This document shows positions 37,963-49,500 of a DNA stretch of 64,000 bases, in pieces. Position 1 is the first letter of the stretch; each line of letters opens with the position of its first letter. A model generated the notes under the pieces. The model did no database searches. It worked only from the letters and a program-made list of their open reading frames with translations, and had not been told where the DNA came from. This DNA is from Blasia pusilla (taxonomy: Eukaryota). The stretch lies in contig CM114271.1 of NCBI GenBank assembly GCA_050084515.1, forward strand, positions 18,662,001-18,726,000. Direction: 5' to 3'. Both the position numbers and the translations under genes were made by a program.

Positions 37963-40900
37963 ATGGCGATTTGCTGGAAACTTAAATTGCTTATGTGGAT
38001 AAATCTACTGGTCTCTCTGCAGCGGGTTTGTCGAGCACAATCGAATGAGTCCGTGTTGCAGCAGTGCATCACCAATTTCGATTCCACTGTGAACTACTAT
38101 CAAAAGCTGATCCCAGCGGAAGTGCTGAATCAGCAGTACGTGCTACCACTTCCTCTTCAACTACAAGAAATAGTAACAGCCACTGGTTTCGCTGTCAATT
38201 ATGGAAAGTACTACAAGGTTGTGAAGAACCAAGTTTACAACGTCACTTACGTTCTCTATCAGGTATGTTTAGCTAATCCTGGTCGCTGACAGCTCTCTCG
38301 ATAGGTGTGTTGTCTATGTGCTCCAAGTGTTTCCCTTCTACTTTTTAAAAACTGCCCATAGTCGTATCGACACCGAATCGACAATTACCATAGTCAGCAT
38401 CGAGTAACACAGTGAAATAAGAAGGAATTCAGGAAATTATTGTGTACAAATTATGGAGTGGTTATTCATTATGTCTTTGTTTTGGTCTTAGTGTGGAGCT
38501 CCTCCTCCAAGTGTTGTTGCACTTGGTGTACCGGCCACTACGGCCACATTTCAGATTCCTGTCGGTAACCCTTCTACGGACTCGACAATTCCTGGTTAGT
38601 TGTTGTGCAGAAGGGATGTCCTCCCTAACGTTGTGGAGTCTAGATTGTACAGTTCTTACATCTGGACTTGTCAGATTTCACACTTCTCTGTTTCTCTAGA
38701 TAGGGGACCTCTTTATGGCCAGGATAGTAGATCGATCTTAGTCGTTCCATTATGCCAAGGTCAATTTTTCAGCGTGGAGAATGTGTTTGCTGTTCTCTGT
38801 CGTCGGAGCATTACAGTACTAGATGGTCTTCTTTTTATGTATACAACTCCTTGAAATGACTGGACGAAGCAGTTCATATGAGGATTCTCACTCGATTCTC
38901 ACATTATGTGCATGGAATCTACCGTTTGTTGGTGGCTGGTGTATTGTGGACAAATAGTGGGATATCTGGAGGTAAATGATCATTTGTGAGCGATTTTTTC
39001 ATGGCTTGTGCGTTGGTTTGAGCAAATTGAGCAGGTCTTATAATTTGTCAAGCATGATGCAAATTCAGTGCTTGCTCGTCTTGGGATAAGGTTTCATCAA
39101 GCTCCTAGCTATTAAATGACTCTTTTCCTATTTTGGGCCAAGTTTCTCCTACGAGGTTAGGTAGCCATGATTTCAGAGTGACGACATGATCAGGTTCTTA
39201 AATGTTCAGGAGCATGCTCACTGGTTTCATCATCGGAACTAACTTGAAGATTAACAGCTTCTCGGACAACTGAACAAGCTGAAATTGACTTCATCGGCAT
39301 CAGATTTCATTTCGTCATCATGTGTCCTGAAGTATATGGACGACAACAACATCACAGAGATTTCTGAAGAAGTGGCAAATATCACCACAGTGAAGTTCGA
39401 ATCCTCAAAATTACCAACAACTCTTGGTAGATATACTGTCAGCTTTGATGCTACAACTGACCCTGACAGTGGTCCATTGAAGGTAAGTTATCGCTACCTC
39501 TTCATCATACGAAAGATGTCTCGCTCATGAGCACAAAAAAAAAGTATTTTTCACCTGAGTCATATGAACAAAAATCATAGCCATCAAGTCGTTGCTAGGA
39601 ATAAAGCTGGTGGGCTCATCGGGAAACTAGCAACTGTTTCCCTTCAAATGGGCGTGGTTTGTTAACCACATAGCAGATCATGCTGAGCTCTGTTATAGTG
39701 TCAGAGCATTTTGTATGACTTGATATATGAAACGATGGAACTGCTTGATTAATGACTGCGTAAATAGTTTTCTTCTAAGTAGATTTAGAGAAATTGTGAC
39801 CCCTGGTAAGAATACTAAGTTTCAGATTTTAACCCGAGGTACCAGTGGTGAATAGCGATAAGGGTTATTTCTACTTTATTTTCTTGCGTTCTGGTAAGGG
39901 CAAGGATTGTAAGTCTTGCCAAAAGTACGAATTTATTCGCTCTCGTATTAAGGATACTTTGTGTGGGTAGCGTGCAGAGTGGATCAAATACTTGGGGACT
40001 TTTTTCAATCTTGAAGAAAAGGCAGAGGAAATATTTTCTCATGTAGGGTGCCAACCCGAATCTCATCAGCTCAGCACAATGGATATTTTTTATTTCGTTC
40101 TTCTCATTACTATTTATGATTGGAACCACTTTCCCATGGTTTCTATTACTGCTTTCTTCACCTACTCATTCAAGAAATAAAATCGTCAAATGCACTAAAG
40201 CGAATGAAAACGAAAGAGTGTTAGCCAAACTTGCTATGTAGTCGAAAATGATATATTGAGTTCGTGCATTGCAGATTAACAGCTCCTATCAATGTTTGAA
40301 TGCGAGTATAAGAGGCTCCACAACCAAACCCTCAATTGCCTGGATGAACTTTTATGGGGTAGGTTAGAAATGTGTTTGCGCATTCTATCCTTATTTTTAC
40401 ATATTTTGTGTACCTTCCATGTCTGCAAGAGACTGATGAATATGAATGCTTTCTGGTGAATTGTATTTCAGGGAGTTTGGTCCATGTCCAATGCGCCATA
40501 CAAACTACAGGTAACTGGCTCGTGTGATATATGTCTTAAGAAACACTTCTGCTCTTTTGGGTTCGAATGTTGTTCTATTTTATGCTCAAAGATTCCTAAG
40601 ACTATTCCACTTTTTCTGTTCTTTCAGTTTGATTCGGATGCCGGGGGAGTGAATTTGGATGCTACTACTCTGACCAAAAGTTTCAATATGTCTTTGAGTT
40701 CTGATGTGGAGCTTTTTAACGAAGTTTTAAAGGTAATACTAAAGGCTTTACGTCCGTTATTTTATGAGCAATTAACATGCGAGCTTCATTGTGAAAGAAA
40801 GTTCCGCCGCTACTTAAGCCCACATATCTCCTTTTCAAGTTTCTCAGTTTGCACTTTCTTGCCTGACGTAGGAATGTAGAGAGTGTACGTTCTTTAATCT

Positions 40901-42434
40901 GACCGAAGTGAGTTAAATCTGTCGTTCCTCTTTTGATCACCAAAAATTGATAGGCATCAGCTAGTTAGCTTGGCGCTCAATTTACTGAACTGGGAATTAC
41001 ACGTACTCCTCTTGAACTTGCAGCAACTAGATGTGGTGATTGATGAGTCATATGCCGAGGATCCGTTCAGCTATACTTTCGAGAACTTCACTGTTAATGC
41101 AATGGTGTCTCCTAACGATTCCAGCATTCCTTCTGTGGCACATAAACGAGTCTGGCGGGAAGACAAGCGTGTGGGTAAGGGTATGGGTCTAGGTATGTGT
41201 CCACACATTCAATCCCATCTCACAGAACTCCTTCAGATCGTCCTTTGAATATGGCTTTGGAAGTCATACAAACTGTGACTTTGTATGGTTGTTCAACCTG
41301 TGCAAAAAGCTTCTCGTTGTGTGCAACTAATAAGGTAAAAGCAGGTGCAACTTTTCTCAAACAGAATTTGTCATTGGATCATGAAGGGTATACGAGATTG
41401 TATCCTTTCAAGCTAACTATTGAGTGAAATTTGTCCCAGGCCATGGTTTATGGCGGTCCGGTAGGGACTTCTGGCCTACAAGAGAGGGAATCAACCAACT
41501 GATTTATCGTTTTTGGGGACCCGAGAGAGCTCCATATGATTTAGAATCGCAATACATTCATTCCTTGGGTTGGCTATATCATGGAAGATTTGGACAGTGA
41601 CACTAAAAGGCGCCTTTAAACTCTGCTACCTACATACTGATGTAAAACCGAGGAAATTTGAACCTGACTCCTCCAAACATTCATTTCAAGAATTTAAATC
41701 TGGATCCTGACGTTCAAACTTGGAGTTCTGCAGATTGGTTTGAAGGTGCAATTCCGCAACCACATGTTGTGCTGTATGATCTGATCGGCATTCTCTATCC
41801 TTCAAAAGGCTGGAACCAAACCTACTTCAGGAATGTTGCTCTGGTACACCTTCTTCCTTTCTTCTCTATTGCTGTTAACCTCTGCTGGTATGACATAGGT
41901 GGTGCCCGCGAGACGAAGTGGATGGGTTTGAATTTAAGATTCATTATTGTGAACCTAAACCTTGTTTTCACTTCATTCAGTGCATCCAGGGTCCGTGTCC
42001 ACCAACAGCGATAAAGAATCTTTCTTATCCAATTGAGGTGCAAAACAGAGAATAGTTTTAGAAATTGAAGATTGTCACGAAAACCTAACTCCCTTAGATT
42101 GACACATACATCTGCAGTAGTGTGAGTGAGTCTATTTCCTCGGTATGAGGATTCTCGAATCATTAGATGATTGCTCCACAGTCTCGTATCTTCTCAAATC
42201 TTTCATTGCCTGCAGGATGAAAAACCAGTGAATGTTAGTGCAGAGGTTTGCACTCGGTCGATTGACGAAGCGCTCCCTCCCACAGTCATCATAGATCCTG
42301 AAATTATGGCGTGTGTATCAAATGCTACTAAACCAGCTGTTCCGCTTAAAAATGCTGCATCCACAAAAGTTCCGTCCGTGCTATTTTCGTTTCTACTTGC
42401 CTTCACTTCCTCCTGCTTTGTTTTAAGGCTTTGA
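37963..42434 (+). CDS. 11-exon host gene, ~479 aa: secreted, probably GPI-anchored periplasmic-binding-protein-like (Fe/B12 substrate-binding, CBA1-like) protein. Exons: 37963-38262, 38492-38594, 38958-38971, 39258-39482, 39971-40042, 40275-40358, 40472-40510, 40628-40732, 41024-41192, 41734-41843, 42216-42434
   Basis: All introns are GT-AG and phases join into one 1440-nt frame; N-terminal signal-like MAICWKLKLLMWINLLVSLQRVCRA; motifs YKVVKN..YVLYQCG, YLELLG, PLKRAEWIKYLGTFFNLE, DVVIDE, VWREDKR, DWFEGAIPQPHVVLYDL, YFRNVA; hydrophobic C-terminal tail. The family was recognised from memory, not searched. Confidence 0.82.
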
Positions 42435-44807
42435 TCCAAATGGCGATGATGTCAAGCACTAGGCCTCTTCTCGAGGTTACATCACACAACGGGTGGCAAA
42501 ACCTAAATCCTTGGTGTCCTCTACATGGAGATAGGTTTGACATGCACTACGACTAGGACGATAAAATCCATAGTAATAATCGCCTCGAGGGACCTCAATG
42601 CCTTCCAAATGTACAGGAATGCTTTCCACTTTCATCTAGGTGTAGGCACGACTCCATCTTGCGACCTCTCCACATGGCACGCGTGGTCTCACACAACTGC
42701 CATCACAAAAATGTCTCAAAAATTGGTTGCATTTTGTCTCTTCGTCTATTTGGGTCCTTGATTCTTGACTGGCTCAATAAATCACTACATGACCTCAGAC
42801 GTGACGCTTACTCCCATTGGACCGGGTCCCCATTGTAGTCCAACTATGGAAATGTTGAATATTTATTGGAAACCAGCGAGGAGAAGAAAGTAATTATTAT
42901 ATAGTCTAGATGGCCAGAAAAAAACAGTGAGAAGTTGTAGAGGTGGTAAATATAACTTTATACCCCCATCTTCTACTATTAACTCACACAAAAGTCGGCA
43001 GTCATTGCTAGTAGGGATTAGGGGTTGTTAGGGGTTACTATGTCATGTCGTAGTGCATGCCAAACATTGTCTAATCTTGTACCAATTGAGATTTTTTGTA
43101 TTGAAGAGTTTTGAGAGATTTTGACTTCAGATTGTGAGGGTAATGTTGTCATGTTTTAATTAGTGATTTAGACTTCATTACATGGAAAGTCTGGTTATGC
43201 TTGTGGAATTGTTGTCGTTTGTAGTACTCACATCATCCCTCTTCAAAGTTTTGTATGTTCGCATCTTATGCTAGAGTGTAAAAACTAATGTCTTGGAAGT
43301 AGCTCATAGACGCCTGTAGTTTCTTGAACTTGACAAAAGAGAAACACAAAAGTGTGATTATTGTGGATCAAGATCGAACTTATGATAGTTGAGAGCAAAA
43401 TCTCTTGAATTTTTTTTCAATAGATTTTATTCTCCATCTTCATTATTATTGGAGAATTCATTTTTTATTTGCAAACACTTGTGTGCTTGACACCAAGCAA
43501 TTGGGCAGCAAGAAAATGTTTCCCAAACCACAGGCAAAAAAGTTTTTTAATTAGTACATAATATGGTTAGTCCTTCATGCCCAAGCATGGCACATGCTAT
43601 ACACTAGTCTTGTATAATTCCCATTGTCAATTTAGACTCTTTTTCTTGGTGGTGGTTGTCTTTTGGTGATATGTGACTATTGTTATGGTCTTAGATTCTT
43701 AGGATTTGACAAAGTGAGACGACCGGAATTTTCCTTCGGATCTTATTTGTTCATTTTTCCAACTTTGGAACAAGTGTCATAATGTGTATCAACCCACGCT
43801 TCCACAAGATACGTCTTGTATCTTCTCTAAAAAATAAAAAATAATGTTTATTTCCAGCCTTATCTAGATTGTTGTTTCTAAACTATTAAATCCAAATTTC
43901 ACATGCTAGTGTTGAATAACACATTTGACTAGTATTGATTCTCATAAGTCTTGTCATTGGTGATGTCTTTGTTGCATTTGCTCTAGCCCTTCTTGTGAGG
44001 TGATTTCTTTTGATCCAATATTTACATAGAGTAGCTAGCCGCCTCATAGGTCCCATATCTTGCCAATGCAAAGATTTCGTTATTTGCATTCAATAGATTC
44101 TATAGAATGAGAGTATTATTTAATGTCTACATATCACACTTCTGTGAGTACGACATTCATGGAATCAGGCTTTTATGGAATCTTTGCATCATCTTATCCA
44201 AAATATGACTTTATTTTCACTCCAAACTAAATCTAATAGATCAAAAACTCTCTTCTTTTTTTTCCCATCTAAACCTCTAAATAATAAATTTCTTTTTTAA
44301 AATGGAAGAAGATGAACAACATAAGGAATAAGGAGGCAAATTTCAATACTAGAAAATATTCAAAAAATATAATAGTATTTTAAGAAAAATTTCAATATAA
44401 TTACTATAACATTCTTCTTATTTTTCCTTTTGGCTTAGTCTAAAGCAAAAAAAAAATTTAAGAGATTTGATAGTCTTCACACAAGGCATTCATTGAAGCC
44501 TTGTCAAGAGGAGCTAATACAAATAATAGCATGATGATGATATGGATTTTCATTGTGTTGTTCAAACTTTGTATAAAATAGATGTTCATAAAGCATTACA
44601 CTAAATCTTAGATTCCTTGGAAAGTTGATGGTTTAGTAGAGAAAGTATTGTAGACATTGAAGAAAGGATTTAGGTAAAATGATTCATAACGGAACTTTAA
44701 AATAGAAAGTATGATAGTGAGATATATATTGTGTTATGCTATTAATTATGGAAATTCATGAGGTGGTAGACGAAGAATTCTTAAAATTATTTTCATCATG
44801 TCTCTCA

Positions 44808-46557
44808 TGTCGTGCGCGTACACATCGCTACACAACCCACATTGATCGCTCATCACATCTACACACCACACAACACCGATCTTCCCAAACATACGGGTAG
44901 ATCCACTCCTAAATGAAATGCACTCACGCATATACACCAAGATCCCATAACCAAAATCTGAGTAGTAAAAATGGCTCACCCGGCCCAAAAATCCACTCAT
45001 GAATCTACATCGGCATATCGAACCATATCCATCCTCTACTATGAGGGAATCTAGACGCTAGCACCCGAACTCCTCCACACCCACATACGTCTATGCAAGA
45101 GAGGTGATCCTAAGGCTCAACATGAGAAAGATGGCTTGAGAAAGCCATCTCTCTCACTCTTATACCCTTGAGAAGGGCCAAAAGGCTCTTACACCAAAAA
45201 TAGCCCTCCCTACGATAACCTGCGTGCACAGGTTATCAGGTGACCGTTGACTCGGTCAATGGGTCACCTGATGGACTAAGACAAAAATAGGGAAATTTCC
45301 ATAAACGATGTTTCCAATGCAACATACCTATCGCCAACCTCATCCAACATCTCAATATGAAGTTACACCCGAACAACCCGCTGACTCCCTATGTTGTCGA
45401 CGCAATAGAACTCTACGCACGTCAAAATAAGATGTGACAGTTGTCATGCGCATAGACATTGCTACCCAACCCACATTTCTGGTCACATCTACACACCACA
45501 CAACACCGGTCTTCCCAAACATAGGGATAGATCTACACATAAATGAAATACACTCACGCATATATACTAGGATCCCACAACCGTCCCCCTAGTTGGCAGT
45601 TGGATCCCCCTAGCTCCAAATAGCACACACATATCTACCTGACATGATCTACTATCCTATACATATAGCACAATCGTTGCCGTCATCCCGGAAACACTGC
45701 AACACCCCATCGTGTTGATCCCTTCGAAGAGATCTAGCTCTCGTGTACCCTGCTCCAAACATAGACTCGGCTCCACGCCTGCCTCACGAGCTTGTTTGCA
45801 ATCCATGCATCTCAAAGCTCATCCCCAACAACGATAAAGAAGCTCCGCACCATGGGAAGAGACACCTACCCTGGCATGTCTCTCCGTGGGATTATCCGCT
45901 ACGGGAATGTCCTCCGCATGTGTGCTCCTCTCCCCAAATCCTCTTGATCAGCTAACACCACCTGTGAATGTTGCTAACGTGGTCACCGTCTTCTCACATG
46001 GTCGACCACCACTACTCCCTGCAAATAACACCGGTAGATGGATCACCCGCCTATCACTTGATCGCCACTATGGCCGATAAGAAACCATCTCCTCCTAAAA
46101 ATCCTGAATAAAACCAAAAGGATATAACATTGTACTCCCTACCAACACATCATACGACTCTGCCAGTGTCATAATCGCTCGAGTGCGCACCATTGCACTA
46201 TCCAACTCATGCTCTGGCTGGAGTCTAACCACCAACTCCTGTCGAGTCATGTACAATATGGGTGATATGCCCCCAATAGAGGTATGTATCTGGAAGGGAC
46301 AATGCTCGATGTCGCCTTTCCGTAACCCCAACGCCAAACATGCCGCCTTCCCTAAAATCAAGGGCTGCGCTCCCTAATCAAGTAGCACGGCTGCGGTTGG
46401 TACACCGTACCTATGGGACTAAACAAGAAAAACACTCCTGCTCAATTATCCAAAAACACCACACATTGTGTGATCATGGCTTGCTCTATTGCTGGCCTAA
46501 CTGGCATATCTACCAATTAATGCCGCAACATACCATGACTCAATGGAGGATGTCCCG
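44808..46557 (-). mobile_element. Family-C element, 3' part only: split-repeat end, PPT, DNMT motif-I stub and protease; no RT, RNase H or integrase
   Basis: Y 44808-44952, X 44953-45439, GT spacer, Y' 45442-45582; ORF 46095-46361 is protease-like (GAQPLILGKAACLALG..CPFQIHTS..SYDVLVG); LDLFEGIN at ~45712-45737. Confidence 0.8.
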
Positions 46558-49500
46558 AGTGAGGGTATGCCGCTGAGTGCCGCACCCAATTCCTGAGTGC
46601 AGCACTGGCGGCACGGAACAGCTACAAAAGGCCCCATTTGTAGCCATTCCGTGCCGCCAATGCCGCACCGCACCGCTTGACCCGCACCACACATTAAGGA
46701 GAGTTAAGCATCGTCAGTACCAAGGGAGTACGACGTACTATTTGGAGGAGTTTTTTGCATGACCGAGTTGGGGTCAAGGTTTGCAGCTCCTGAGGAGCGA
46801 CCGACATTTATTCAGGTTACCCATTCTAGTCTTTTGTCTTGCAAGTGTTAGGGAATTCCGGGTATTGGGCATTTATTTGGGGATATTGGGTCGTGCAGAT
46901 GTTGAGAGCATCGTTGATGTATGGGTTTAGGGGACATAGACCTGTGTGGGATGTCCTGAGTTAAGGGTGTGTCATGTCGATGAGATGATAGGACAGTAGA
47001 AAATTTTCCGCACCACGCAGTTTGTTGCCGCACAACACACGTCTCACTGAGAGAGTGTAGATTGAGTGCCGCATGTTTAGTTGAGTGATTGATTGATTAC
47101 TCACGAGATTGAGATTGATCGTGTGAGAGGGGCACGAGGGTCATCACAGCGTCCTTTTAGGACTTTGAGAGGCAAGGTGGTGGACCTAAGAGTAGTTCTA
47201 GAGGGTTTACCCGGAGTGGTGCAAGGTTTCAAGAGTCTCCACGTGAGAGACCCCCTCGATCTCCTTCTATGGCATCCTTGCCATAGAAGAGTGTAGAGGA
47301 GTATGCTAGTGATCCACCGCACACATTGAGTGGTCCTACCCTTTGGGCGTACGAGATGGACGACCGGGATAGAGGACCGAGTAGGTTTCGGGTGTTATAG
47401 GCACTATAGAGCTACACAACTTCATTGTGGAGTTTAGGAGTTGGTGTGACTTACAGCGGGCTAGGAACTCTAGAGAGTTCAACCCGTTTACATCATGGAA
47501 TGGTATGTTCCAGCATTTAGAAGGGGCACCCATGGATAATTACCATGAGTTCTCCCACACATATGCCCAGGAGATTGAGGCATGGCGACTCTACTATGAC
47601 CCACACTACGTGTCATGGACTGAGCTGTTTCTCGATGAGGAGGAGGAGTCAAGAGAGGGTTCCTCCACCAGTGATGTTGGAGGAGGGGTAAGTCGCACTA
47701 GAGCAGTTGCATCATCCACTCGAGTTCGTGCCAAGTTCAACCCCGTGGTTGAGTTCTTTGTTGAGTTGCGGGCAAGCTACCAAGGGGTACGGATGGAGAA
47801 GTTACAGAGCATCCTCGACTTCCAGAGGCGCCCAGGTGAGGGTTTGCATGAGGCCTATACCCACTTGCATCAGTTAATTAACGTCACTCAGGGGGTGATA
47901 GAGGCTCAGGCTATCTAGTCATGGTACGCGATGCTGGACCGGATCCTGCGGACACGAGTGCGGGAGGCGGTGCTTCTTATGAACACCTCCCCTATGTTGA
48001 GAGATGTTTTTAGGACCGCTGAGAACATTGAGTGCAACATGGCGTAGGAGACCGTAGGCACCATGGGTTCTAGGCAAGAGCAGTCATGATTGCGTGCACC
48101 ACCAGTGCATCAATGTGGATTTTGAGATAGGTTAGTGGCACCAGGAGCTCAGGGAGGATACTGGGAGACCGTGCCACAGACACCTACGCCTTCATATACG
48201 ACTCAACAACAGCCGCCCATGATTACTTGTTGGTCATGTGGTGGAGTCCATCGTCAATGCGATTGCACTCGTCAAGGTCATGGGCGCGTGCCTCAACATG
48301 GAGGAGGAGATGGTGCTACACCATGACGTTATCAATGTGACTATTATCAGAGGTATGGTCACACACGGGCCATGTGTTTCAACTTGCACCCTAAGTTACT
48401 TTTGGACTGAGGGCCAGAGAGGGCACCATGGCAAGTTGCTGGTCCAGGTGGGCCTAGAGGTCGTGCACCAGGTGGTCCTGTTGGGGGACGAGGAGTTGGA
48501 TTCACCCGAGGGGGTGGTGGAGTTACCCATGTGAGAGATAGAGTCCCACCACCTAGATGCATTGAGGGAGACATTGGGCATAAGGCTGGGATGGCTGCTC
48601 AGATATAGCACCTATAACATCAGATTTCCACAATGGCATTGAGATTACCCAATGCCAGATCTGTGGCATCAACGTCTTATGGAGCTGCAGGAGATATGGA
48701 GGATCTTGGTTGGATGTACGGGGCTGCCCAGATGGAGGCCGCCGTAGTTGTTACGCATGGAGCAGCCGTAGATTTGGATCCACAGTGAGGGGAATCCAGG
48801 AAACAAACCAAGCTTCCTCAGTCCTTCACGTTATCTGAAGCGATGAGGACCCCATCGATCCTGATCAAAGTTCTCGAAGAGTTGGTGATGTTGTTAGTGT
48901 GGAGGCATGGAGGGCGATGGGAGAAGCGAGTATGACGACTCTTATTTCTCATGCTCACGAGGAGCATATGTTGAGCATGTTGTTGGGGGCGGCCACCGTT
49001 GTGTCCCGTGCTTCTTTATTTTCTGCTTCCGATGTTATGACGTTGAAAGGTACGCCCGCTGAGGTTTTCTGGCTGGCCCCTATACTCTGTGAGTGTGGAG
49101 TTGGAGTTCCTCCATCACGTTTAGAGGTGATTCTAGAGGAGGTGATGGAATGCCCTTGGAGCTCATGCTCGAGCTGTCCATGTCAGATTCATGGTAGGGT
49201 GTAGCTGTTAGGATGGCGGAGATGCCCGCTAGACCCGCAATAGAGCGTGCTATGGCTTCTCCTAGTGTTGTTTTGTTGGATAACCAGGGAGAGGTCTTCT
49301 AGTTGGTGAGTCCATGAGGTAGAGCTTTTAGTCCGTAGTGCGTCTTGTTGGAATCAGGAGCGCAACTCTTGATGTTGGGAAAGCGTTTTTTGGAGGATTG
49401 GGCTTGACGAGAGCCGATGTGGAGCGTTGTCCATTCCGGATACATACATCCTTGGGTGGAGCAAGTACCACAAAATATATCATCCCGCAGGAGGTTGTGG

